The notes below the pieces were generated by a model. The model was not told where the DNA came from, searched no databases, and was given only the letters and a program-made list of their open reading frames with translations. This document shows, in pieces, positions 47,181 to 57,325 of a DNA stretch of 62,481 nucleotides. The position numbers and the translations under genes were made by a program. The DNA lies in the IMG/VR virus record IMGVR_UViG_3300020185_000051, positions 1 to 62,481 of that record. One strand, given 5' to 3'. How positions within the stretch are numbered: the stretch's first letter is position 1; each line of letters opens with the position of its first letter. The DNA is from a virus (lineage: Duplodnaviria > Caudoviricetes).

Positions 47181-49541
47181 TTAACTTAGTTCACCAGTAT
47201 TTACAATTCTAACTGGAATGTAAATAAATTCTGCTGCTTTAGTTGGCTCGATTGCCACGTCAACCCATAGTTCATTTCTATCAATACGTGCTGGTGTATT
47301 GTTTGATTCATCACATAAAACTGCAAAGTCATAAACACCACGTTGTGATAAGATATTGCCCATAAAGCCAGTAAACGTACCAGTAACATTGTCACGAGTT
47401 CCGCTATCATTTGGCTCAAATAAGTATGGTCTTGCAATAACTTCAAAACGTTCACGCAAGTAAGCTGCTAAACGTGCTACATTAACACGATCCAATGCTG
47501 ATGCACCTGCTGCTAGTGTTTTCTGACCAAATACAATAATTCCTTCTGCAGGGAATCTTGCAATTGGGTTCAGTTTTGCTTCGTACATTACATCACGTGA
47601 GCCTTGGCTTAGTGATACTGGTACAAAGTCACCTTCTGCATTTACATAACCAACATTTGATGCGTTTTGTACTTGACCACGTGTTAAACCTGCAGGGGCG
47701 AACCACTGGAAGCTTACATTGTCATTATACGCATATGTGTATAAGATACTGTGCGATGCTGGAGCAACTACACTTGCACCTGATGTTGGATCAGTTGTTA
47801 GTACACTTGGATAGTAAGCTGCTGAATATGTATTCTTGCCTACTAGTCCGTCTACACCGTTTTCAACTGCATTAGTACCTTGTACCCATGCAACTGCTGC
47901 TGATGGTGCTAGTTTTAATGGAGCGTCAACAATAACAAATGCTGTTTCATTACGATCTGCATTTAATGTTGTCATTTCATCAAACATTTCTGGATAACCA
48001 GGAGCTGCAATTAGACGGAATTGAAGATTATCTTCACGTAGGTCTGAACTACCTGCACTTGATTGCATTGCTGTTACAACTACTTTACGTTGTGCCATAT
48101 CACCAAATGAACCTGCACCTGAAGCTTGGTTACCTGCTAGGTTACGCCATTTCCATGCTGTTGCTAGTGAACTATCGTATTGACGAACAGTACCACCTGA
48201 ACGACACATGTTAATGCCCGTTGTTCCTACTGGATATACTAATGGATTTGGACCATTTTCTAATAGCGTGTCTTCAAAGTCGCCTGCTGATGTATCGTTT
48301 GCAGTGATGTCACCAAATGCAACACCATTTGATGTTGATTGGTCTGCGTTATCTTTTTTAACCCATGCACTACCGTTATGTCTGTAAATTACAGGATAAC
48401 CACTTTCATCTGTATCGATCCAATAATCGCCTACTGCACCAGCTGCTGGCATTGATGATGAATATGTTACATTAGTTGCTTTTTTCCATTTCTGAACACC
48501 ACTATCTGATGCTACTTCGTAAATAGCTAGTTCGTCAAGATCTGCGTCAAACCACATTGCACCGTCCACTGGATTGCCAGTTGGTTTTGCTGTTTGTGCT
48601 GTAATTGAAACATTGCCCCAAGCGCCACTTGTATAACGTTTGATAACAATTGAACTTGCGCCTACTGCCAACCATAAATCACCTTCATTTAATGAACGTG
48701 CTTTGCCTGCTGAACCGTCTTGCATAATGTCGCCTACAATACCTGTTGGATCTGTAGCTTCAGCATTTGCATAAAGTATTGCTTGTGCAACAAAGTCATT
48801 AGCTGCTGTTGTAAATTCACGGATGTCAACACTAACACCAGTACCTGGCGTTGTTGTTTTAACCCAAACATCACCTGTTGATGGTGCTGCTGGTTCGCTA
48901 TAGTGTGGTGCAAAAGTTGCAGTAATTGCAACCCAAGATCCGCTATCGCCTTTATAATAGTTTAATGATGTTACTGAGCCGTCTAGGTCTACAGTTACGT
49001 GGTATGAACCATCAACTACTGCCGCTGATGGAGCTGCACTACCTGTTGTTAATTCTACTGTTGGTGTTTCTTTTGACCAGCCATTTGCTGTATATTCAAA
49101 AATACCAAAGTCTGTATTTGATGGATTTAACCATTTTGTGCCTACTTCAGCAGGACCTGTTGGTGCTGTTGATTGTGGGCGAATTGCTGTTAAGTCTAGG
49201 TCTGCACGAACAACATATGCTGCTGATGCTTGTCCTAAGAATGAATAAGCTGCTAACAATCCATAATCATTTGTTTCATCAGCTTGTTGCACTGTACCTG
49301 ATACTGTGCGGAAGTCTGTGTTTCCAAAAAATTGTGTTAGCTCACGCTGTGATGTAACCAAAACTGGTTTACCAGCAAATTCTGGTTTTGTATATTTTGC
49401 AATTGTTTCAGTGCCAGTTGGATCTGCTTTGTTCGCACCAGTTGCGATGAAAATCATCGGTACTGTGCCTGCTCCTGCTGATCCGTATACTGACTCGTCT
49501 ACGATGCTAACCTGTACTCCAGGTGATACTAGATTTGCCAT
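47181..49541 (-). CDS. gp18: Contractile tail sheath protein
   Basis: LVSPGVQV, WFAPAGLTRG, FGQKT, ALDRVNVARL, FEPND, EFIYIP. Confidence 0.95.
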   Translation of the reverse strand: MANLVSPGVQVSIVDESVYGSAGAGTVPMIFIATGANKADPTGTETIAKYTKPEFAGKPVLVTSQRELTQFFGNTDFRTVSGTVQQADETNDYGLLAAYSFLGQASAAYVVRADLDLTAIRPQSTAPTGPAEVGTKWLNPSNTDFGIFEYTANGWSKETPTVELTTGSAAPSAAVVDGSYHVTVDLDGSVTSLNYYKGDSGSWVAITATFAPHYSEPAAPSTGDVWVKTTTPGTGVSVDIREFTTAANDFVAQAILYANAEATDPTGIVGDIMQDGSAGKARSLNEGDLWLAVGASSIVIKRYTSGAWGNVSITAQTAKPTGNPVDGAMWFDADLDELAIYEVASDSGVQKWKKATNVTYSSSMPAAGAVGDYWIDTDESGYPVIYRHNGSAWVKKDNADQSTSNGVAFGDITANDTSAGDFEDTLLENGPNPLVYPVGTTGINMCRSGGTVRQYDSSLATAWKWRNLAGNQASGAGSFGDMAQRKVVVTAMQSSAGSSDLREDNLQFRLIAAPGYPEMFDEMTTLNADRNETAFVIVDAPLKLAPSAAVAWVQGTNAVENGVDGLVGKNTYSAAYYPSVLTTDPTSGASVVAPASHSILYTYAYNDNVSFQWFAPAGLTRGQVQNASNVGYVNAEGDFVPVSLSQGSRDVMYEAKLNPIARFPAEGIIVFGQKTLAAGASALDRVNVARLAAYLRERFEVIARPYLFEPNDSGTRDNVTGTFTGFMGNILSQRGVYDFAVLCDESNNTPARIDRNELWVDVAIEPTKAAEFIYIPVRIVNTGELS

Positions 49542-49673
49542 AAGGGAGTCTCCTTTTTTAATACTCTTCTTTTACATGTAATAGAATTATATCATAATAA
49601 TCCTAACTGTATTTATAGTATGTGGGCAAAAAAGGGGCTGATACAGAGTTATGTTAGTATTTAATGTGAGATT

Positions 49674-50411
49674 TTATCCAATAGTAAAGCCTAATCCTGC
49701 ACTACCATCATTGTATAATGTTAGCTCAGTATCTAGCTTATCAATTTCTTGTTGGGCATCAGTACGTAACTGATCTGCGTTCATTGTTGTGCCACCTTGT
49801 GGGCCAGCTATTTGACTAAACTTACCACGTGCTTCGGCTAACATTAAACGTACATGAGCAAATGCATAATCTTTAACCCATGGGCCAGCATATGTATCTT
49901 CAAGTATATTTTGATCTGGACGATAATTGAAAACTGCTAAAATGCATTCGTCGTCAGCTTTAATTTTACGATGTATAATAAGTTTATGATCTTGAGGGCG
50001 CCATGTAAACATTAGTTCTGCTCCAAACAAGCGGCCCATTGTTTCACGGTTCTGTTGTAAGAAATCATAAGATGCTAGTCCGCCGGCACGTGCCGAGCCT
50101 AGTAAGTATGAGTTAATGTAAGCAGCTTGGAATGGTTCTATATCGTTACCTGTTCCACTGCTTACACCAGTTGTACGTCTATAAATGTCTTTAACTTCAA
50201 TTATATTATCTGGTAGTGTATACTCACTAATATCTTTTAATAATGATAATGAAATATAGCTTTCTTCTACGGCATTTTCAGCACGTTGACGGTATTTGCT
50301 TAAACTTTTTTTAATAGCCAGTTCGTAATGTTCTGGATCCAGTTCTACATCAACCATTCCGCCACCAAGGCGCAATTCCATTTCTTTAATTAAATCATTC
50401 ACAGCACTCAT
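49674..50411 (-). CDS. gp13: Neck protein (gp13-like)
   Basis: RLGGGMVDVEL...WVKDYA...RGKFSQIAGPQGGTTMN. Confidence 0.85.
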   Translation of the reverse strand: MSAVNDLIKEMELRLGGGMVDVELDPEHYELAIKKSLSKYRQRAENAVEESYISLSLLKDISEYTLPDNIIEVKDIYRRTTGVSSGTGNDIEPFQAAYINSYLLGSARAGGLASYDFLQQNRETMGRLFGAELMFTWRPQDHKLIIHRKIKADDECILAVFNYRPDQNILEDTYAGPWVKDYAFAHVRLMLAEARGKFSQIAGPQGGTTMNADQLRTDAQQEIDKLDTELTLYNDGSAGLGFTIG

Positions 50412-50416
50412 GTAAA

Positions 50417-50457
50417 TATCTCCTACTGTATGTATTTATGCCAAACAGTAGGAGATA
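50417..50457 (-). promoter_or_regulatory. SD-sequestering hairpin with a late promoter in its loop
   Basis: Perfect 13-bp repeat TATCTCCTACTGT/ACAGTAGGAGATA; CATAAATA in the loop; 3' arm holds the AGGAGA SD of gp13. Confidence 0.75.
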
Positions 50458-50465
50458 GTATTAGT

Positions 50466-51728
50466 TTATTTGTAGACTGCTAGCAGAACAATTCCATCAT
50501 TAAAACGTCCATTAAGTTTGATCTCAGTAGTTTTAAGGAATTCAAATTGCTTAACTGCTTTTGATTTAGTTGTTTTCTTGTAATTGGGCAGAACTTCCAA
50601 CGGCTTTCGTATCGTTTTTTGCATACTAGTTTCTTCATTATAGTTTAGCAATGTTGTTCCTCTAATACCAAAACCATTTGCATCTTTTGCTACATACAGT
50701 CCTAATTTACGGTTTTTTGTATTAAACACAACTGCACATACGCCGCCCAGCAATTTTGTAGGGCTGATACTTGCAATACCATAATCTGGATCACTAGCCT
50801 TGAACTTAAACTTGGATATAATTTGGTCTGCTGACTTCTCTTTAACTTTGCGAGGCTTACGATTTACTTTTTGCTCTGCAATAATAATGTCACATGCATT
50901 GATAATTTTAGTATACATTTCTAAACTTGCTTTAACATATGCAGTTGATAAATGCCCGTAACCTTCAGCAATTTGTTCCCAATCGTCACGTTCAACATCA
51001 GACATTTTTTTGAGTGCTGTTTTGTTTGGCATATCTAAAATAAGTTGCATTTCAGCCTGTTCGCTTTCATAAAACTTACGGACAATACGTGCATGATTAG
51101 CTTTTGCACCATGCTTATGTAACATTTTAATAGGAGCAAACTTTTTAAGAGCTACTGTATCTACTTTACTATTGCGTATAAAGTCATCTACAAACTCTTC
51201 AATTTCCTCTGTCATTGCTTGACTGGCTTCAAACATGATTTGACGTATAGTAGGCTTATATACATTTTTCTTTTTATCTTGCACATCTACGACTTCTTCT
51301 TTTTTAGCCATGCCTTCAGCAATAGCTGCTTCTAGCATTTCTGCAATATATTGGTCTACAGGGCGAGGTGTGGTTGTCCCAGTACCTGGCAATGACACCC
51401 AATATTCTTGTGCCTTTTCATGTACACTTGGCATTCCTAAATTACGCAAACGACACTGAATAGCAACATTAGGACTAATATACTTAGCACGTTTTGCTGC
51501 AGAAATCTGCGTTTTATCATAATTGGCATTTTTCATCCACTGGAAGATTGCAGGTGCAACATCTTTAGCATCTGCTTGATTATAGTAAAGCCACTGAAAT
51601 TTACGGACATACGTATGATACTTTTGCCCAGTCCAACGTTCGCAACCATCAAATACTGGATCTTGAAACCCCATTTTACGATTTACTTTTTGTTTGTTAG
51701 ACTTCTTTGGTACTTTTATGCCAGCCAT
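50466..51728 (-). CDS. Conserved hypothetical T4-like phage protein
   Basis: Start MAGIKVP after AGGAG; promoter TTGACA-N17-TATTGT; C-terminal FNTKNRKLG...GTTL...KTIRKP...GRFN. Confidence 0.75.
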   Translation of the reverse strand: MAGIKVPKKSNKQKVNRKMGFQDPVFDGCERWTGQKYHTYVRKFQWLYYNQADAKDVAPAIFQWMKNANYDKTQISAAKRAKYISPNVAIQCRLRNLGMPSVHEKAQEYWVSLPGTGTTTPRPVDQYIAEMLEAAIAEGMAKKEEVVDVQDKKKNVYKPTIRQIMFEASQAMTEEIEEFVDDFIRNSKVDTVALKKFAPIKMLHKHGAKANHARIVRKFYESEQAEMQLILDMPNKTALKKMSDVERDDWEQIAEGYGHLSTAYVKASLEMYTKIINACDIIIAEQKVNRKPRKVKEKSADQIISKFKFKASDPDYGIASISPTKLLGGVCAVVFNTKNRKLGLYVAKDANGFGIRGTTLLNYNEETSMQKTIRKPLEVLPNYKKTTKSKAVKQFEFLKTTEIKLNGRFNDGIVLLAVYK

Positions 51729-51816
51729 TGTGTTTCTCCTATTACAAACTATGTAATGACAATAATACATTTTTAAACCAATGTCAATAGCTAAATACAT
51801 ATAAGAGGAAAAAAAT

Positions 51817-52884
51817 ATGCCAAGACTAAGTTTATATAAGCCAAACAAGGGAAATGACTATAAATTCATGGATAGAAATATACGTGAACAGTTTGATATT
51901 GGTGGAACCGCGATACATATTCACAAGTATCTTGGTCCAAAAGAGCGAATTGATAGCAATGACCCTAGTGAACCAAACTATGGCAGTGGACTCGAGATTG
52001 ATTATATTACTGGAGAAGCAGTCAATCCTGAGGGATATATTGATGAAACTAAGATTCAAGACTTGCTGTTCATGGAAAATAGAGACCGTAAGTATGATCC
52101 AGATATCTATGACTTACGTGGGGTATATAATGTAAGTGATAATGACTTTGATTTAAGTCAATTTGGCTTATTCCTAACTAACGACACACTGTTTATTACT
52201 TTTCACACAAATGATATGGTTGAAAAACTAGGGCGTAAAATTATGCCTGGTGATGTTTTTGAACTTCCACACCTGAGAGAAGAATTATTATTGGATAATG
52301 AACGTGATGCTGTTAATAAATTTTATGTAGTTACTGATGCTAACCGTGGTAGTGAAGGTTTTTCACAAACTTGGTTCTCACATATTTGGAGAGTAAAAGT
52401 ATCTCCACTGACAGATACACAAGAATACGCAGATATACTTGGTACTGCTGAGGATCCAGATAGTCTAAAGAATAAGATTAGTAGCTATAAAACAGAGTTA
52501 AACATCAGTAATGCAATTGTAGCAAGTGCTGAAGCGGCTGATCCATTAGGTCTTCCGCTACTAGAACATTTGTTTGGACAAGATGAACAAGATGATACGT
52601 ATGATCACGGCGAAGTATTAGATGCTGGTGATCAATTTCCTCAAAATCCAAACGATGGAAAATATTTTATAAGAAATGACTTTAACCCTAATAGACTGTA
52701 TGTATATCGTGGAAGCCGTTGGCATAGGTTATATGATAATATTACTGATACTACGTGGACTGATAGAACATATAACGCAAGTGGATTCATTAATAATGAA
52801 AATACTACAGTTGTTGATAATCAAGAATTTCCACAACGTCAGGCAATTAGTAAAGTTATTAAACCGAAGAGTGATTTTGAATAA
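51817..52884 (+). CDS. gp14: Neck/head-closure protein (gp14-like)
   Basis: MPRLSLYK, LSQFGLF, GRKIMPGDVFELPH, HIWRVK; late promoter at 51790. Confidence 0.7.
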   Translation: MPRLSLYKPNKGNDYKFMDRNIREQFDIGGTAIHIHKYLGPKERIDSNDPSEPNYGSGLEIDYITGEAVNPEGYIDETKIQDLLFMENRDRKYDPDIYDLRGVYNVSDNDFDLSQFGLFLTNDTLFITFHTNDMVEKLGRKIMPGDVFELPHLREELLLDNERDAVNKFYVVTDANRGSEGFSQTWFSHIWRVKVSPLTDTQEYADILGTAEDPDSLKNKISSYKTELNISNAIVASAEAADPLGLPLLEHLFGQDEQDDTYDHGEVLDAGDQFPQNPNDGKYFIRNDFNPNRLYVYRGSRWHRLYDNITDTTWTDRTYNASGFINNENTTVVDNQEFPQRQAISKVIKPKSDFE

Positions 52885-54239
52885 TGGCACAACAATATTT
52901 TTACGACAAGCAAGTTAGAAGATACATTCAGCAGTTCATAAGACTGTTTAGTGGATTCAGTGTACAGATGGGCGTTGGAGAAGACAAACTTCCAATGTAT
53001 TTAGAAGTTCCTGTAAGATATGGTGATATTAATCGTATGGCGGCGCACATTCAAAGAGAAAACAGTGAAAATATTACAAACACTGTTCCATTTATTAGTT
53101 GTTATGTTACTGATTTATCATTAGCACCTGATCGTCGAGTAGAGCAACAGCATGTTGATAAGGTACAAGTTTGGGAAAAGAAACAAACTGAAAATGGTGA
53201 TTATGAAAATGAAGTAGGCAATACATATACTGTCGAGCGTTACATGCCAGTACCATATAACTTAACTATGAACTGTGATGTATGGACATCTAATACTCAC
53301 CAAAAATTACAGCTACTAGAGCAACTATTAGTATTATTCAATCCAACACTAAATGTAAGAACGTCAGACAATGCTTTTGACTGGAGTTCATTGGCTTATG
53401 TGGAAATGACTAATATTGTATGGAGTAGCCGTAGTATTGGTAACAGTGTTGATGATATTATTGATGTTGCAACTCTTACATTTAACATTCCAATCTTTGT
53501 TAACCCACCAGCCAAAGTTAAACACCAAAGAATTGTTCATACTATATTAAACCAGTTATATAATTTAGACGATGAAAATCTAGATAATTTTAAAGAAGAA
53601 TTACCTTTCGATAGGTCATCATTAGAATATAATATCGTAACTTTAGAAGATAGAAAACTTAGCTATGTTGATGGAAAAGCAAGTTTACTTGCATCTAGTG
53701 GCAGTAACGTTGATCCAGAAACAGGAGTTCCGTTACGTTGGGATTCACACTTAAAGCCTTTTGGTCAATTACGTGAAGGTATAAGCCAATTGCGTTTAAA
53801 GAAGAATAAGGATCCAGGCAGCTTAGATGGAGACATTATTGGTAAATTATCTATTGATGATAATAATCTCAATACGCTGTTAGTAGATATTGATACTGAT
53901 ACATTGCCAGCAAACACCTTAACACCATTTAATGGAATTGTAAATCCACAACAAAACTTTCCTGGTGATGGAACATTGCCAGATGCTGAACTTGGACAAA
54001 GATATCTTATTACTGCGTCTACTGCTCAACAATGGGACAATGTTAATGCTAATGTAAACGATATTATTGAATATAATGGCAATGCTTGGGTATTGAGTTT
54101 TACTAGTAGCTCACAGGCAAATAATGTACATTATGCATTAAACCTTATTACTAATGACCAATTTGAATGGAATGGTACTGAATGGTTTAATAGTTATGAA
54201 GGCATATATAACGAAGGGTTTTGGAGATTATATCTATAA
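52884..54239 (+). CDS. gp15: Tail terminator/sheath stabiliser (gp15-like) with C-terminal extension
   Basis: YFYDKQVRRY, VPVRYGD, MPVPYNL, KLQLLEQLLVLFNP. Confidence 0.8.
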   Translation: MAQQYFYDKQVRRYIQQFIRLFSGFSVQMGVGEDKLPMYLEVPVRYGDINRMAAHIQRENSENITNTVPFISCYVTDLSLAPDRRVEQQHVDKVQVWEKKQTENGDYENEVGNTYTVERYMPVPYNLTMNCDVWTSNTHQKLQLLEQLLVLFNPTLNVRTSDNAFDWSSLAYVEMTNIVWSSRSIGNSVDDIIDVATLTFNIPIFVNPPAKVKHQRIVHTILNQLYNLDDENLDNFKEELPFDRSSLEYNIVTLEDRKLSYVDGKASLLASSGSNVDPETGVPLRWDSHLKPFGQLREGISQLRLKKNKDPGSLDGDIIGKLSIDDNNLNTLLVDIDTDTLPANTLTPFNGIVNPQQNFPGDGTLPDAELGQRYLITASTAQQWDNVNANVNDIIEYNGNAWVLSFTSSSQANNVHYALNLITNDQFEWNGTEWFNSYEGIYNEGFWRLYL

Positions 54240-54692
54240 ATGTTAAATGCAAGCGGGTGCGTATTTCTTGCTATTGATAGCGGGCGCATTTTATTACAAC
54301 AGCGAAGCAATAAAAGTAGCCATCCACGTAGTTGGGGGTTTTTTGGTGGCAAGGCACATCAAGGTGAAACTCCATTAAAAGCACTATTGCGTGAACTAGA
54401 TGAAGAAGTTGGAATATTACCAGATGTAGAAAAAGTATATCCTTTGAATATATTTACTAGTCCAGATAAAAAATTTATATACAATACATTTGTTGTGGCT
54501 GTTTTTGAAGAATTTATTCCAGTATTAAATAATGAAAGCGATGGGTACTGTTGGGTTAAAATAAACAACTGGCCTAGGCCATTACACCCTGGAGTTAAGG
54601 CACAATTATATAATAAAGATATAATCAAGAAACTAAAAACTATCTACCAGAACTGTCCCAAAGACGGTGAGAATTGGATAGATACGTTATAA
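54240..54692 (+). CDS. Nudix hydrolase
   Basis: Nudix box GGKAHQGETPLKALLRELDEEVG. Confidence 0.9.
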   Translation: MLNASGCVFLAIDSGRILLQQRSNKSSHPRSWGFFGGKAHQGETPLKALLRELDEEVGILPDVEKVYPLNIFTSPDKKFIYNTFVVAVFEEFIPVLNNESDGYCWVKINNWPRPLHPGVKAQLYNKDIIKKLKTIYQNCPKDGENWIDTL

Positions 54693-54722
54693 AAAAAGCA
54701 GCCTAAGCTGCTTTTATTTTTA
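54690..54722. terminator. Bidirectional terminator between convergent operons
   Basis: A8-GCAGC-CTAA-GCTGC-TTTTATTTT. Confidence 0.8.
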
Positions 54723-55805
54723 TCTAATTTGCTTTTTCATGTTAGCAACAAATAGTGTACGTAACCATTCAAAGTCATTAATTTTATTCAATGCTTCGAC
54801 ATCGTCTTTGAACTCTTCTCCGTATGCCTTACCTTCAATAGCACCTTTAATGCAATAGCGTCCAAAACGTGCGCCATTGTCTACAGTGGTCCATGTTTCT
54901 AAACGTTGCAATGTTTCAGCACTTGGGTTATTTGGATTAATACCACTTGATAGCTTCACACATTCACGGAAAGCACTACGCCATGTACGGAATGGGTCTT
55001 TATTGAAGCTAGTAATATTAGCAACATCTTTAACTGGTTGGTAAAAATTAACGCCAGTTGTAAAATCAGGAAGTGTGTGGCCCATATCTAAAATTTGTTG
55101 TTTTGGAAATAATTTAATACCACCATAACCATATTCTAAACCATTAATAGGATTACGAGCAAACCAACTATAAGTTGTATTTTTTCTACTACTTAACGGA
55201 GGCGTATAATCAAAACTAAAGCTTGGTAAAATATCAGCATCAGCGTCTACAATCCATACCATATCTGTAGTTGCTAGTTTAGCGGCTTCTTTATGTGCTG
55301 CGCCAATACCAGTAACATTCTTTACGTGCTTTACGTCAGGGAATCTAGCACTTAGTGCTTGGAATTTTTGGTCTGCTTCGGCCTCGTGATAACTGATCAT
55401 AACAATATCAAAATCAGCTTCTTGTACGCTTGCTGTAATTCTATTTTTTACAGTGCCATGTGCAACGCCGCCTGTTGGTACTAATCTTACATCGCCATAG
55501 CCCATTGACTTACGTGTTCTTTTTGTTACTCTTGGAAATTCGTGAATGTTATTTCTTCCTACGTCACTTGGCCTAAAATGCCATGGAAAGTCTTCAACAA
55601 TTTTAGCTTCTTCGTCTACAATCCATACCATATCTGCTTCATCAACAAAACGCAATCCTATTTCAAGTAGGTTATTCGGATCTTCTATTTTTGGACCTGA
55701 ATGTATTGGATATGAAGGAAAGATATGCTTTTTTAGTCTGTCCCAAGGAGTAATAACATTTTGGCCATTATATGCTAATAGCTGAGATTTTTCTAAATTA
55801 ATCAT
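54720..55805 (-). CDS. Glycosyltransferase-like protein (GT-A fold, DxD)
   Basis: DIVMISY...GIGAAHKEAA...WIVDADA...NPINGLEYGYGG. Confidence 0.7.
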   Translation of the reverse strand: MINLEKSQLLAYNGQNVITPWDRLKKHIFPSYPIHSGPKIEDPNNLLEIGLRFVDEADMVWIVDEEAKIVEDFPWHFRPSDVGRNNIHEFPRVTKRTRKSMGYGDVRLVPTGGVAHGTVKNRITASVQEADFDIVMISYHEAEADQKFQALSARFPDVKHVKNVTGIGAAHKEAAKLATTDMVWIVDADADILPSFSFDYTPPLSSRKNTTYSWFARNPINGLEYGYGGIKLFPKQQILDMGHTLPDFTTGVNFYQPVKDVANITSFNKDPFRTWRSAFRECVKLSSGINPNNPSAETLQRLETWTTVDNGARFGRYCIKGAIEGKAYGEEFKDDVEALNKINDFEWLRTLFVANMKKQIR

Positions 55806-56445
55806 TGTTAATACTTTCTAATGTAAATGCAGTTGTTCCAATATGTGATATTTTATTGCTCATATCACAATCAATATATATTTTAAATCCATTTAATCTT
55901 GCTTTTTGGCAAAAATAAAGATCTTCTCCTGTTAAACTAGTATAGTCTTCATTCCATCCTACACTAAAATAAGGAAGATCCATTTTTTCAAATACAGATC
56001 GTTTGATTAACATACACCCAAATCCAACTGCTACAACTGGATGTATTCCATTTTTCTCTTCTAGTCTTGCATCCATATCTACATCGCTCGTAAATGCTAC
56101 TGGGCGATATGGTTTAACACGAGTGCTATAGTTACATGCTATAATATCTTTTTTACTTGATAATAAGGCTTCAAGTATATTTGTTGGAAACTTCATATCA
56201 CTATCTAACCATAATAAATGTGTACAATTAGTTTGTAATGCTTCAGTCGATAACGTTTGTCTTTGGCTGGCGATTTCGCTTCCCATAACCATGTGTAATG
56301 TTGTTTTTAAACCAGCCTCGCCGCACTTTTTCATAAGCATAGCAAGACTGAATGAAAACGCGGCTGTTACCACATCACGCACAGGAACGCAAATAGCAAC
56401 TGTTGCATTAGTTTCCTTGGTATAATATTTTGGCATTGATACCAT
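55798..56445 (-). CDS. GT2-like glycosyltransferase
   Basis: VAICVP, THLLWLDSD, VGFGCMLIKRSVF, GEDLYFC. Confidence 0.8.
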   Translation of the reverse strand: MVSMPKYYTKETNATVAICVPVRDVVTAAFSFSLAMLMKKCGEAGLKTTLHMVMGSEIASQRQTLSTEALQTNCTHLLWLDSDMKFPTNILEALLSSKKDIIACNYSTRVKPYRPVAFTSDVDMDARLEEKNGIHPVVAVGFGCMLIKRSVFEKMDLPYFSVGWNEDYTSLTGEDLYFCQKARLNGFKIYIDCDMSNKISHIGTTAFTLESINND

Positions 56446-56457
56446 TTTTAAATTATA

Positions 56458-56877
56458 TTAGTCCGCTAATTCTGAGCTCAATTCAGCTTCAATTTCACGT
56501 ACTTGATCATTTAAGGTTTTAGCTAATGCTGATGCGTTTTTAACACATGCACCAAATGCTGCATCACCTAATGATGCCATATAATTCATATGTTCTGGTT
56601 GTACTTTACCAATTGTTAAAATATCAATTGCTGCTAGACGAGCTAGCTTTTGTACCCAGTACTCTTCTTCAGACTCCTCTACGGCGCTAACAAGACCACT
56701 CATTGGTCCGTTTGCTGCTTCAAAGTCTTTTGCAACTGCTTCTAAAATTGATAGATCTGGATGACCACCTGCTTTAGCCGCTTCAAGCTCTGCGTTGAGT
56801 GCCATTGCTTGTCTTGCTACTGTTGGGTGAGCCCCTAACAGAAATGTTTCGATCTCAAATCGTGTTCTTATACTCAT
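56458..56877 (-). CDS. Conserved helical hypothetical protein
   Basis: 139 aa; SD AGGAG; EYWVQKLARLAAIDILTIGKV motif. Confidence 0.7.
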   Translation of the reverse strand: MSIRTRFEIETFLLGAHPTVARQAMALNAELEAAKAGGHPDLSILEAVAKDFEAANGPMSGLVSAVEESEEEYWVQKLARLAAIDILTIGKVQPEHMNYMASLGDAAFGACVKNASALAKTLNDQVREIEAELSSELAD

Positions 56878-56985
56878 TGTTTTCTCCTGTGTTGAGTTTA
56901 CATTTTTTGTAAATATAATTAGTTACTATTTTACAATAAAAGATGATGTTGTCAACAAGTAACAACACCATCATTAAATTAATTC

Positions 56986-57207
56986 TTATGGATGTGTTGG
57001 TTCGTCAGTTGTCGGATCTACTCCGGAACTCGTACCCCACGTGTTAGGATTCTGCCATCCACCAAAAGTAGCAGATAGTTTAATGTTAGTTGTTACGCTT
57101 GGTGAAATGTAGTTACCCAATGTACTTAGTGAAATTGTTCCACTTAATCCAAAGTAATTACGTACTGTGCCCATTGAGATCGTCGATCCCGTTGCTGGTA
57201 ATGCCAT
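56986..57207 (-). CDS. Small Ser/Thr-rich putative virion (fibre-tip) protein
   Basis: 73 aa; SD GAGGAG; own late promoter at 57296; MALPATG.ISM...ISLS motif. Confidence 0.7.
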   Translation of the reverse strand: MALPATGSTISMGTVRNYFGLSGTISLSTLGNYISPSVTTNIKLSATFGGWQNPNTWGTSSGVDPTTDEPTHP

Positions 57208-57325
57208 GTTGAACTCCTCAGTTTCTTATTTTAATTAGCTAATTAAAAATTATTTTGGCTAGAGTATAGCCATGTAAGCATTTCGCTTACATCTATATTT
57301 ATACGATTTCAGGTTGTAGTTAAGT

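Noticed and set aside
51729-51848. N-terminal 40-aa extension of ORF 50466-51848
   Set aside because: Overlaps the divergent gene and promoters; ATG 51728 has an AGGAG SD and its own promoter
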